From assembly GCA_964016885.1 (NCBI GenBank), contig CAXHJY010000176.1, positions 1-48,378 of the forward strand: 48,378 nt of DNA. The letters run 5' to 3'. This DNA is from Eledone cirrhosa. Its lineage: Eukaryota. The notes under the pieces were generated by a model. That model ran no database searches, was not told the origin of the DNA, and was given only the letters and a program-made list of their open reading frames with translations. The position numbers and the translations under genes were made by a program. This document shows positions 22,232 to 33,322 of the stretch, piece by piece. Numbering within the stretch: position 1 is the first letter of the stretch; every line of letters starts with the position of its first letter.

Positions 22232-22397
22232 ATAGGAACGAGTAGGACCCCGACGGCTGAGCTCAAGCCGTTTCGAAACGGCTTGAGCTCAGCCGTCGGG
22301 GTCCTACTCGTTCCTATTACCCACTCTACTACCCTAAGTATTGAGTACTTTGGTGCGTTATGGTCCATCTGGTTCCTTACCACATTTCCTTCGTTAT
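22232..22397 (+). mobile_element. 86-bp perfect palindrome plus tail; 3' half of a hammerhead; same family as 27645-27976
   Basis: 22232-22317 is a perfect palindrome centred on tttc|gaaa. The right arm reads GAAA-CGGC ttgagctca GCCG-TC^. The tail tacccactctactaccctaagtattgagtact matches 27690-27722 on the minus strand. Confidence 0.85.
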
Positions 22398-22420
22398 ATA
22401 TATATATATATATATATATA

Positions 22421-23069
22421 GTAATATATATGAATAAATAAACACAGTAAATTTCGTGTCTAAAATTACGAGGGTATAAGAAACCACAAATGTTTTAAAT
22501 ATTTAATCTTAAACATACAGTATGATATATTAATTTTATACTGACCGTATCAAAAATATTTCATCTCTCGGACAGATTTTAGATTCAATCTGTATAGCCC
22601 TAAAAAATTGTGTTTGTAACAGATAATCTGTAGTCTATCATCAGCGAGAGATTAGATCAAATGAAACAAAACACCTCTAACAGCAAATTGAGGACCAAAG
22701 ATATGTTCCTCGTGGTCTGCACGCTATACGTGGTATGAGTAGTTATGCTAGAAATAATAGCCTTATCCCACTCACTTTATAAGCTCACCCAGTCCGGGAG
22801 CCGAAATACAAATAAAATACAGAGTTATTAATTCATATAGGTACGCTGTAATTAAAACAAGTTTAAAGTATAGATACCGAGCATTATATAGTAATATATA
22901 TGTATAAATAAACACAGTAAATTTCGTGTCTAAAATTACGAGGATATAAGATACCACAAATGTTTTAAATATTTAATCTTAACCATACAGTATGATATAT
23001 TAATTTTATACTGACCGTATCAATGAGTTAATAACTCTGTATTTTATTTGTATTTCGGCTCCCGGACTG
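22421..23069. mobile_element. Module with 133-bp direct repeats (22421-22553, 22891-23023) and 47-bp inverted repeat (22790-22836, 23023-23069)
   Basis: Repeats read directly from the sequence; 470-bp spacing; the tandem plus inverted arrangement is typical of PLE insertions. Confidence 0.75.
22563..22652 (-). ncRNA. Degenerate hammerhead motif lacking GAA
   Basis: Minus strand ATCTCTCG-CTGATGA-...-ACAGATT gaatctaa AATCTGT-C^CGAGAGAT: perfect 8-bp stem I and GUC triplet, but the GAA is missing. Confidence 0.5.
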
Positions 23070-23572
23070 TAAATTCTTTAACTAAATCTCGCAACCCAAA
23101 CCATAATTTTTTTTTAAACTGTTTAATTTTTAATTTAAAAATTTTTTTTAATTTATAATTTTAATCTTTAATTTAATTTTTTTTTATTTCCTCCTATAAA
23201 TCTAATCAAACATTTAACGTTCCAATTTTCTGTTCACACATTATACCATGCAGACGCCCACTATATATACCTGTTATAATATATACCTCTGTTAAGATAT
23301 AGGTTCTTTAGAATAACATTTTTCGCAGCAATTGTAGCATGACATTAACGCTGACTTTTCTTCTTTCTTTCTGTCTTTTTTTCTCTTTGACCGGGAGGTT
23401 AGTAGCACATTATAAGCTTTCGCCCCCTCACCAGATAGCCTTAAGTAGACCGAATAGCCAGCACTTGAGGGCGACCGGCTAAAGTGGAAGATGCTAGATG
23501 GTCGGTCGTCCTCGGGTCTATGATTTTCAACCCCATGGATTTTATCTGTTACATGCATTTATTATATTTCGA

Positions 23573-23630
23573 ATACCTGATGATATCACCGGATTCATAC
23601 GGAACCCGGTCATTGAAATGATCATAGTAT
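23573..23630 (+). ncRNA. Minimal type I hammerhead ribozyme
   Basis: ATAC-CTGATGA-TAT C ACCGG attcatacggaac CCGGT C ATT-GAAA-TGATCA-TA^GTAT then AATAAA. Confidence 0.82.
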
Positions 23631-23686
23631 AATAAACCTTTCAAGGATTTACACAAGTCCAGCCTCCTATTATTTTATTATAATAT

Positions 23687-23734
<48 letters not shown>

Positions 23735-24262
23735 ATATATAAACCCACCGACGTTAACAAAGAACTTACTAGATATAACAAACCAAATTGTAAAATTATA
23801 TTATAAAATTAAATTAAATCGTTTAGAACTAAAAGTGAAGTCATTCTTTTCGTTTTTTTTTTAAATATAGCCACGCTTACATATATATAGAGAGAGCACG
23901 TCAATCATTTGTGTGTCTGAATTTACATGTCTTGATTAGAGAAAGAAGGATTGTTTTAATTACTAACCCGTCATCTTCATACCTTGTAACCAAGGCAACG
24001 TACATTTTTCTATATTTCCTTGTGTATTTGTTTGTTGTAGATACATACATGTACGTAGACATACCACACAAAATCCGAAAATATTAGGAATTATTTAAAA
24101 TGCCTTAGGTAACTTCCTATCATCCTCACTTTACTTTACTTGTATTCTTTTTCCTTCTTCTACTTTCTTCTTACCAAACATGAATTATCGAGCTTCCAAA
24201 TAACTAAACGTATTTCTTATTTGTATCTCATTTTCCTCAATGCTTCAAGCAAACTACCACAC

Positions 24263-24320
<58 letters not shown>

Positions 24321-24325
<5 letters not shown>

Positions 24326-25019
24326 GTGGTACAGGAACACGGTGAAACCTTCCTACTCAACCACACGCTCCGTAGCCCAGCACATAGCCGGCATAAATAG
24401 GAATAGGCTCACTGCCTCTAATACCACCGTAAACCCCGGAGCCACCCAACGGAACCAGCACGCGGGACGCACCAGGCCCCGGACAGGCACAACTAGCACA
24501 GCGGAACCCAACGACCCTGTGCTGAATGCGGCGGCTACACAGCCAAGCTCGCATGATGGTAACCCCGCGGTACATGTGCAGGGGCTTAAAAAGTCATGCA
24601 ATTGCAGAGGCCCATCACTATGCCCCCTTAGTAATGAATGCATGACGTAAAACGTAGTCTACAGGTGTAAGGTCACAACCCCTAACTCGGAACACCACTA
24701 CATAGGATCCACGGCGACGAGCTTCAAAGATAGGTGGTATAACCATCGCCACTCCTTTAACAGAATAGAAAAGAGGAAATGTACGGCTCTTTCTGAATTG
24801 ATCTGGAAGCTCAAACTTGAAAAGACCCCGCACTATTTGGTCTGGTCCGTGGTTAGAAAGGTTCCCCCAGACAGAGGTGGGTCTGGTATTTGAAACCTCT
24901 GTCTTAGTGAGACACTTGAGATACTTCATGGCGGAACCAAGCTATTAAACAGAAGGGCCGACTTATTCGGCGCCTGCAGACACCTAAGGACGGAAACTTT
25001 CCTCAAGCTATATGGATAA
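24321..25019 (+). pseudogene. Penelope-like element C-terminus (linker CxCx5C plus GIY-YIG endonuclease), two in-frame stops
   Basis: RNTVKPSYSTT..SCNCRGPSLCPLSNECMT*NVVYRCKV..HYIGSTATSFKDRWYNHRHSF..TALSELIWKLK..I*NLCLSETLEIL..LLNRRADLFGACRH; begins directly after (TA)n. Confidence 0.9.
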
Positions 25020-25709
25020 ACCCCGGTTATGGCCTCCCACAACTCCCCCCCCCTGTAGGTCCTCTATGACCAATGGGCAACAACACCCACCCATAGCTTG
25101 TGGTCCCCAGGGTGGATTGTCCACCGGATCCTCTATTGGTTAGGAGTCAGCAAAACCACGTTTTTTGAAACTGATGCCCCCCCCCCCTCGGGAGTGGCCC
25201 ACACAGGAAGAGCGATTATCCTAAGGTACTAACCCTATACGCATGAATCAGTGCCCTCAACCGTTCGTTGTGTGTGTATACTGGGATTAGGTGAATGTAC
25301 GCACTTATGTGAACGCAACGAAATACTAATAACCCAGGTTGCATTTGAAAAATGTTCGAGTGTATGCTTAAGAGCATATTTGTGTATGCTCTCTTGTATG
25401 AATGCACATGTGTATATAGACATACACACGCATCCAGAGGTATACAAGTGTGGGCGGGTGCATGTACCTTTATATGTCTGTTCTTAGGGATTCGCCTAAG
25501 CTCCAAAGCCCCTAAGCTATTGCTGTGAAGATATATATCACACTCTACTTTTGTCTAGTCTAAACAATAACTTTTCCAAATACTCACTTTACCTTTCTTT
25601 AAAAATAACACCCACCTCGTTTTATGTCTGCCATATACTTGGATTTGGTGGCCTCTTTTGTATATATATACGCACTTGTGTGTACATACAAATCCATACA
25701 GATGTGTAT

Positions 25710-26016
25710 ATGTATGTGTAGATGTGTGTGTGTGTGTCTGTGGGGGTGTGTGTGAGTGTATGTACAAGTCAATCGACATAAGTCTTTTTATATGTAAACT
25801 TTCTAAGTATTTGACTCTAACCATTATTTTAAGTATTACCACCCCACATTAATTCCTCAATTTGTATGTGTGGATGTGTGTGTGTGTCTGTGGGGTGGGT
25901 GGGTGTGAGTGTATGTGCAAGTCAACCAACATAAGTCTTTTTATTTGTAAACCTTCTAAGTATTTGACTCTAATCATAATTTTCAGTAGTACCAACCCAC
26001 ATAAATTCCTCAATTT
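25710..26016. repeat. About 153-bp tandem duplication
   Basis: tgtatgtgt.gatgtgtg...caagtcaa..acataagtcttttt..ttctaagtatttgactctaa..ccacat.aattcctcaattt occurs twice. Confidence 0.85.
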
Positions 26017-26295
26017 AAGAATGACCTGTAGTATCGAATTTCATACGATAAACAATTGAATATATATCTGACCAAGAATGCTTTTTGTGAAAATCAGTCA
26101 TATGGAACTATTGTCACCTTGCCTGACGGTTTGAACTTTACAACACCACCTGCCACTTTGAGGTCAAATACCAATCCTACTAGCATCTACAAACTGACCA
26201 ACGAGAATTAAGATTATTCCTGCTGACAACATTAAATTATCCCTAACAAGCTCATATGTCCCAAGGCTCTGAAACCATCAACACAGAGCTGGCTA

Positions 26296-26351
26296 ACTGC
26301 CTGATGAGGTCATAGCCATTCAATGGCTATCATCGAAATATATATAGCAGT
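26296..26351 (+). ncRNA. Minimal type I hammerhead ribozyme (homologue of the 6214-6268 HHR)
   Basis: ACTGC-CTGATGA-GGT C ATAGCCAT tca ATGGCTAT C ATC-GAAA-TATATA-TA^GCAGT then aAATAAA; compensatory C-G to T-A change in stem II versus the 6.2 kb copy. Confidence 0.9.
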
Positions 26352-26500
26352 AAATAAAAGATTGTGAGTTCATGCAATTGAATTATGTTTCGTCACTAGA
26401 GAGAGAGAGAGAGAGAGAGAAATATAGTGAGAGAACACTGGCAGGTTATATTCGTAGTAAGTAGAGCACTCAGTCCATAGGACGAGTTTTGGTATAGTGA

Positions 26501-26589
26501 TAGTTCCACAACATATTAGCAAACCATCTTCCAGGACACGTGTATCACCTTATGGATTTTCAGATGGTTTCCTAATTGTTGTGGAACTA
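26501..26589 (-). other. About 28-bp imperfect hairpin enclosing a degenerate hammerhead-like core
   Basis: tagttccacaac..aaaccatct and agatggttt..gttgtggaacta arms. Inside, the minus strand reads CTGAaaA-TCC ataa GGT-GAtA-CACGTG-TC (two core mismatches). Confidence 0.4.
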
Positions 26590-26593
26590 ACTT

Positions 26594-26695
<102 letters not shown>

Positions 26696-26904
26696 GTTTG
26701 TGTTTGTGTGTGTGTGTATCCTGGGTTCAATCGGCGGTAACCACAGTAAGTAAGGTACTCAATATATACTAGAGTATATACAATATTTAATATAGAAATG
26801 GCTTCTACAGAACAAGAATTGTTTCATTCGAAGGAAATCATTAGCATGATGATTTCCTTAGAATTAAACATTTCTAGCCCTGTAGAAGCCATCTCTATCC
26901 CCCC

Positions 26905-26939
<35 letters not shown>

Positions 26940-27368
26940 ATATATATATATACGTGTGTGTGAGTGTGTGTATATATATGTGTATGTGTGTGAGTTAGTA
27001 TGGTTAATTGTTTCATATCTCCGCCAACTCGTTTCATTGATCCATCAGACAGCTGCCATTACATATAAAACATTTAAACACGCCCAACTCCTTCGTCCAT
27101 TATTAATCACTGTTAACTTTTTTGGCTGTTAAGAAATATATACTTGTATATATTCACACAATTAGCTATTGATCTGTTTTTGGTCTTATTGCAGCATTGG
27201 TTAATTAGCAACTTTTTATCTATTATATAAGCGGACCTGTCCACATATTTTACAAGCTCTACACATTTTCAGACTATGCTCATTAACTCTTCTTGATTAA
27301 TATATAACAAAAAAATAAAAAATAAAAATATATATATATATATGTTATATATAGGACCACCCATATAA

Positions 27369-27452
27369 ATATCTGAAGAGATGTCAATTAAGAGTCGGGA
27401 ACCGATCGCCTGATCAAACCCGAGCTGATCGATATCAAAATAGTTGTAATAT
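27369..27452 (+). ncRNA. Hammerhead motif with G12A mutation and extended stem II
   Basis: ATAT-CTGAAGA-GATGTC..TCGGG..CCCGA..GATATC-aAAA-TAGTTG-TA^ATAT then gcAATAAA. Confidence 0.6.
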
Positions 27453-27514
27453 GCAATAAAGTTTCATAACAAGTTGCAAATCCGACTTCCTATTGTCTCT
27501 TCCCCCCCTCTCTG

Positions 27515-27566
<52 letters not shown>

Positions 27567-27584
27567 TCTATGGACTTACTTTCT

Positions 27585-27633
<49 letters not shown>

Positions 27634-27644
27634 TTATATATATA

Positions 27645-27976
27645 ACAAATAAGGTGTGGTAAGATACCAGGTGGACTATAACGCACCAGAGTACTCAATA
27701 CTTAGGGTAGTAGAGTGGGTAATATGAAAAGAGGAAGGACCCCGACGGCAGAGCTCCGGCCGTTTCGACAGATAGATCCGAACTTCGGATGTAGCCGGTC
27801 AGCAGGCTTAGTTCAGATCTAGCTGTCGAAATATATATATATTTATATTTATTTATATACCTATATTTATTTATAAACATATATGAAAAAAGTCAGGAGC
27901 CCGACGGCTGAGCTCCGGCCGTTTCGACAGCTAGATCTGAACTAAGCCTGCTGACCGGCTAGATCCGATGTTTATA
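27645..27976 (-). mobile_element. Rearranged pLTR-like module with nested inverted repeats and two HHR 3' halves
   Basis: GAAA-CGGC..GCCG-TC on the minus strand at 27766-27744 and 27925-27903. IR 27785-27831 versus 27922-27968. Homologous to 22232-22397. Confidence 0.75.
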
Positions 27977-28104
27977 TATATATATCACCTAAGGAAGGGC
28001 TTATGCCCGAAACGTCGTCCCCCACCAACACCCCACTCTCCAGAGCGTGAAATTAATAAACATTCGTTGTACTGCCTCTGTTTTGTCCCTGTTGAAATGT
28101 TTCC

Positions 28105-28197
<93 letters not shown>

Positions 28198-28315
28198 GTG
28201 TGTATGTATGTATGTATATATATATAGTAATAATAAATGTGAAGAGGGCTCGATAAAGATTATATATATATATATATAATGTATATATAAACCCTTAAAG
28301 CAAATCTTTATTATG

Positions 28316-28376
28316 AGAACAGATTAAAGTTTAAGCAAAGAATCCAGGATCCTTTGCTTCAACTTTAATCTGTTCT
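28316..28376. repeat. 61-bp near-perfect hairpin derived from the end of the adjacent pLTR
   Basis: agaacagattaaagtttaagcaaag-aatccaggatc-ctttgcttcaactttaatctgttct; the left arm repeats at 28594-28620 and 41610-41633. Confidence 0.85.
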
Positions 28377-28377
28377 T

Positions 28378-28481
<104 letters not shown>

Positions 28482-28594
28482 AATGTATATATAGTAATAA
28501 TAATAAATTTGAAGACTAAAATCCAAAGAGGGCTCGATAAGGATAAATATATATCAAATATATAAGAACCGTAGAGCAAATATTTATTAAAATA

Positions 28595-28670
28595 ACAGAT
28601 TAAAGTTTAAGCAAAGAATCGCTGCTTTCACCCTTAACGGGATCTTCTGAAACTAACAAAGTTAATCTGT
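28595..28670 (-). ncRNA. Type I hammerhead-like fold with non-canonical CAGAAGA core in the PLE 3' pLTR
   Basis: ACAGATTAA ctttgtt AGTTT-CaGAAGA-tCCC gttaa GGGt-GAAA-GCA gcgattctt TGC-TT^AAACT TTAATCTGT: bulged stem I (5+9 bp) and a true hairpin stem III. Lies about 165 nt downstream of the PLE stop codon. Confidence 0.68.
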
Positions 28671-28833
28671 AAACGCAGAAGTGGATATTTAAAAAAAACG
28701 TTGCAACTGGAGGAAGACAGGAAGACGATACTTTGGTTCGTGGAAACGTTCTCTATGCAAATAAGTAATGGTATAAACATAACATATACTTAGCTACCAC
28801 ATCTAGACGTAAAATATCCACGTATAGATCGTA

Positions 28834-29940
28834 CTATCCGTTAGGGTATAATGTGGGGCTGTAATACAGGAAAGTTTTGTGCAATTTATGTTTACAAGCC
28901 GAAATTGCCTCAGATTTTTTGTTTAAGATGTGGTCTGTGGCGTAGAGTATTTCCAGGGCCTCAGCGACGCAGAGGTCACATGGTCTTTTATTTCCGTTAT
29001 ACGATCTAGCCCTAGCTAGGATCTCCCAGTGTAACCTATATTGGGTGTGGTTGTCTTTTAGACTCCAGATATAAGCTGAAAGTGACGTCATATTCCTTCT
29101 TAGAGGGTAACGAAAAGAATGGGTATGCATGTAAAGACGCTGCTTGAATCTATTGGCGGTTAACCCTATGTAGGCCCTACGGGACGTGGGTGATTCAACC
29201 TTACATTTGTAGACAATGTTACTAGAGAGGCATTTCCCGGATAGGGGGGAATCAACCCGATTCCTACAATTACAGTTAGTACTAACTACAGGGTTGCACG
29301 TGTTCCTACGGCTAGGTAGTTTTGCTAAATTTGAAGCTATGATGTTATGTGCAAGGTTAGGAGTCGTAGAGAAAGAAATTTTAATAGTATTTCTATTAAA
29401 AATGTTACTATATTTATGTGTAGGGGGAAATGCTTCGTAATAAGGGAAAGAAAGATCTTAGCTAATGGTGTGACCACCTCCATATTATATGGTGGGTTAT
29501 ACCAACAAATGCGACGGGATTTATTTCTTCTAGGTCTATTTTCGTACTCTGTATATGCTACCTTATCGACAAATCCACTCTGAGCAAGAGCTTCATTGTA
29601 ATAAGTGGAATGGTCGTTGAAAATATGCTCGTTAGTAGATAGACAGGAAAGCCTCAACGAAACGTTTCTTACCAGGTTCTTGGTTATGCTGGCAGGATGG
29701 TTGGAATGCTTACTTATGTAATTAAGCGTATCATTCGGCTTTCTATACGGGTAATACAACCCATTCGATAAATTGAGGGTAACGTCGAGGTAATTAACGA
29801 CCGAGAGATTTGCCTCAACCTGTATAGAGAGGTTGAAGCCTTTAAAGAAGGCTGTGAGTTCTTTTCTGAAGCTGTCGCAAGCACGAGGTCCGCACTTAGT
29901 CATGGTCAAAAGACCATCATCACGGTACAAACCACCGGTC
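28834..29940 (-). pseudogene. 5'-truncated Penelope-like element: RT C-terminal half plus GIY-YIG endonuclease (frameshifted)
   Basis: GLYRDDGL, VNYLDVTLNL, PYRKPND, SNHP, WYNPPY; after a frameshift CNCRNRVDSPLSGKC..IVYKC..AYIGLTANRFKQR..H..CDLCVAE..LNKKSE..CKH. Confidence 0.92.
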
Positions 29941-31502
29941 GTTATATTCTCATAGAGATCCTTATTTGTTGGGTATTCCCTCCAAGATACGTTTAAAGCA
30001 GCAAGGAGCATACGTGTGTATGCCCCGTCTAGCTTTTTCTCCAGTTTTGACGTTAGCGTCCAAGTGATAGAATCATAAACAAGCACAGATTCCACAGCAG
30101 CTCTGAAGAAATTCCTTTTCAGTATGGCCGCAGGTTTGATTTCCATATTTTTTCCATTACATTCAATGCTTCCCAGGCTTTTCCCAATCTGTTCTGTGGA
30201 GGCGATATAGCTACCCAAGTATTTGAAGTCGTCAACTTGCTTGATTATATCGCCGTTTAGACTTGGCATACCAACTGAGGAGTCTTGGTTCAGGCAAATA
30301 TATTCTGTTTTTCCAACTGATTCGATACTGTGAAGTAGTGATGCTGCATCCTTAAGGTAGTCAGCGAGGACCACTAAATCATCTGCATAGTCAGCATCGG
30401 TGATTTTCTGAGCTGCATGGCGTCTACACTTTCGTTTTGTGAGAGTGAAACCAAGCTCTAAGTTTTCGTCCAGGGCTTTTCTTAATACATAGTTGAGGCA
30501 GATGATAAAAATATATGGTGCAAGAGTATCCCCTTGGAGTACTCCTGCAATGATGTCAAAGAAGTTGGTATCTCCATCAGGTGAGCGCACCATTACGCGG
30601 GTGTTTTTATATAACATCATGATGGCATTTACTGTTTCCTTTAGCAAGCCGTAGGCTAGAAGTATCTCTCTCCTTCTCCCACGATGGATGGAATCGAATG
30701 CTTTTGAAAAGTCAATAAACAGGACAGTTGCTGGGAGGTTTTTGGCTTTTACGCCTTCCAAGATACGCCGAATAGTAAGTATTTGCCCTGATGTTGATCT
30801 GTTGGTGGGGAAGCCATTTTGGTTTTTTCTCAGCAAGGGGTCAATGACAGGACTTATTCTGTCAAGCAACATGAGATTGTATATCTTTGCGGCAATTGCC
30901 ATTAGTGTTATGCCACGGTAGTTTTTAGTCATTCCAAGATCGCCCTTTTTGGGAAAAGGGAGTATACATCCCTCAGTCCATTTGTCTATGGGGTCTTGAT
31001 TATAGACACCATTACAAAACTCTAGTAGGATTGGGTGAAATTCAGGTACCTTCCACACTTCAGCTGGGATCTCGTCGAATCCGTACGCTTTTCCGTTACC
31101 AATACTTTTCACTGCTTTCTGTAGTTCCTCCATAGTGAAAGGACCTTTCTGTATTTGGTGTTCCTCTGTAAAAACGGGTATTATTTCTTCTTCGATTATC
31201 TGTGATACTTTGCCAAGTAGGTTCTGAAAATGTTGTTGCCACAGTTTTAAACGTTCGTCTTGGCTGGAGGCTTTCAATTTGGCTCTGTCACTACTTTTTC
31301 TGCCACTAATTTCATTGACAGTTTTCCAGGCTTCAGCAGACCTCTTATTGCTGACAGTACTTGAGATATGATTGATCTTTTTCTGCATGTTTTCGGCTTG
31401 CTCAATTTCATACTCACTTTTCAGTGCTGTACAAGCAGCATTGAAGTTACTAATATTTTCAGGAGATCGTTGAGTGTCTTTCAATTCTACAGCTTTTCGC
31501 AA
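29941..31502 (-). pseudogene. RTE reverse transcriptase
   Basis: PKKGDL..NYRGITL, QNGF, FIDFSKAFDSI, GVLQGDTLAPYIF, DYADDL, DFKYLGS, ESVLVYDSITWTLT. The segment QIGKSLGS..KPAA is out of frame (compensating frameshifts). Confidence 0.92.
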
Positions 31503-31706
31503 CTCTTTGCGCTTTTGGCGTATCCTCTCTGTTTCCTTTTTTAACCTTGGGTTTTAAAGGGATGGTGTCGGCCGCTGCCTCTTTGAATGCCATTTGAAAG
31601 TAGTTAAATGTAGAATTTGACGATTTTGTTGGCGCAGAGTCTTGTAGGGCAGCGAATCGGTTGCTCAGTTGGGTTACAAAGGTTTTGCTAGTCTCAGGAT
31701 TGGTAT

Positions 31707-32669
31707 TCAGAACTGCCCAGTTGTAAGGAGCAGCATTTGCAGATTTTTTTTATCCACTCGGAGACTTAATCGCATCTGCGCCGAGACAATGCGATGATCC
31801 GAACCAGCACTAACAAATGAGTCATATGCTCTGCAGTTTTTTGCGGTGTTCTTCCATTTTCGATTGATTATGATATAATCCAGTTGTGTCTTGTCGCCAT
31901 TTGGAGATTTGTGTTTCCACCGCTGGCCTGGTCTTTTTTGGAATATAGCGTTGAGACATCGTAAATTGTTCTCACACAAGTAATCTTTTAGCATACAACC
32001 GTTTCTATTGGTTTGTGAATGGTATGAGAATTTGAATTCATCAAGCTGTCCAAGACGCGCGTTGAAGTCTCCGCCAATGATGAGAACATTATGTTTCGGG
32101 ATTTGTCTAGTGAGTGATGTTAGTTCCATGTAAAACCTCTCTACTTCGGCCATGTCACATACATTTGTTGGACTATAGCAAGAGATTACAGTGGTTTTAG
32201 GATTCCCGTTAAACGTAGCTATCATTATCCTTGATGTTATCATTTCAACACTCGCAAGTGCATCATAGGCACGCGGGCTGAAAAGCATTCCAATTCCACC
32301 ATTTGCTGCATTCATGTTGTTTTTCCAAGCTGAGTAGGTTATCAGCCTCCAATTGCCAAATATTTGGTCTTTTGTTACAAGCTCTTCATGTATGAACCGG
32401 TTCTCCTGAAGACAGATAACATCATGGTTTGTCGCCCCTGCTGAAGCAATCAGTTCAGGGATTTCATGGTCTTTCTGGAGTGTTTGAACATTGAGTGTAC
32501 CAGCAAAGATGTCTTTCTTTCCGTGTACAAATCGGGTTGGTTGTTTTCTCCGTGTTTGTTTCCCAGTATCTGATTTTTCGACTGCAAACTGGGAATCCGT
32601 TGCAGGACGCGCTCCTTGTGTAACCGCGCGACGAGCGCTGCGGGATGAACATCGAAGGATTTGTGTCAT
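31707..32669 (-). pseudogene. RTE apurinic/apyrimidinic-type endonuclease domain
   Basis: TLNVQTL, ICLQE, GIGML, CYSPT, GGDFNA, LDYII and SDH motifs. Confidence 0.92.
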
Positions 32670-33222
32670 ACTTAGCTTTCAATAGCTGAATATACACTTG
32701 CGGTCGCTACTCCATACAAGTGAAAGCAGTACTCTGTATTAGAGCGGTTGTGCCTCACCGAAACATCCAACAATAGTTGATATGATCACCTTGCCACTAG
32801 TAGTATGAACCAAATTCACAGTTACTTGATCATTCCCTTATCTACTGATCCGACATCCTGCTTACCAATGTCGTCGTTTAACCCAGTCAGGATTGGTTTG
32901 ACAGATTGCCTATCAAGGCCAAAGAGCTCTGTCCCCGGCTTTGAAATCAGAGTGGTCCATCTCCTAGACAGATTGCCGACCAAGGCTACCAAATATACAC
33001 TATATACACTGTATACATATTTACACCATTTTTGGATGGCCGTTGATTCTTATGAGTTCTTCCGCCCTTTGTCAGGTTTTGTTTTTGTCCTGCAGGATGT
33101 CCAAAATTACCCTCCTCACGAAGTAAACTTGATGGGGTTGCCGGTTTAGTCGCCGACGACCCGATCATGCGACAGATATATATATTTATTAGTTATGTAA
33201 TAAACAACATAAGATAATTATT

Positions 33223-33281
33223 TCATTTACCAGTAGTTTCTTGAAGGCAGATGTTATGTCTGTCTTCAGTCGTCAGAATAA
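33223..33281 (-). ncRNA. Type I hammerhead ribozyme downstream of a PLE ORF
   Basis: TTATT-CTGACGA-cTGAAGaCAGAc ataac aTCTGcCTTCAa-GAAA-CTACTGG-TA^AATGA. A 22-bp perfect inverted copy of its 5' half lies at 33301-33322. Confidence 0.75.
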
Positions 33282-33322
33282 CAATAGATGTTATTTATTC
33301 ATTCTGACGACTGAAGACAGAC

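Larger units (their letters stand above)
29941..33175 (-). mobile_element. Near full-length RTE-clade LINE (5' UTR, APE endonuclease, RT); 3' end replaced by a PLE
   Basis: Single-ORF APE-RT layout broken by frameshifts. The roughly 500-bp 5' UTR includes ggcaatctgtctaggagatggaccactctgatttcaaagcc, similar to a block I recall from RTE 5' UTRs. Confidence 0.92.

Noticed and set aside
27986-28020. CTaAGGA-a-GGGC ttat GCCC-GAAA-CGTCG-TC hammerhead-like core
   Set aside because: G5 is mutated and no stem I pairing is visible; possibly a remnant but not supportable.
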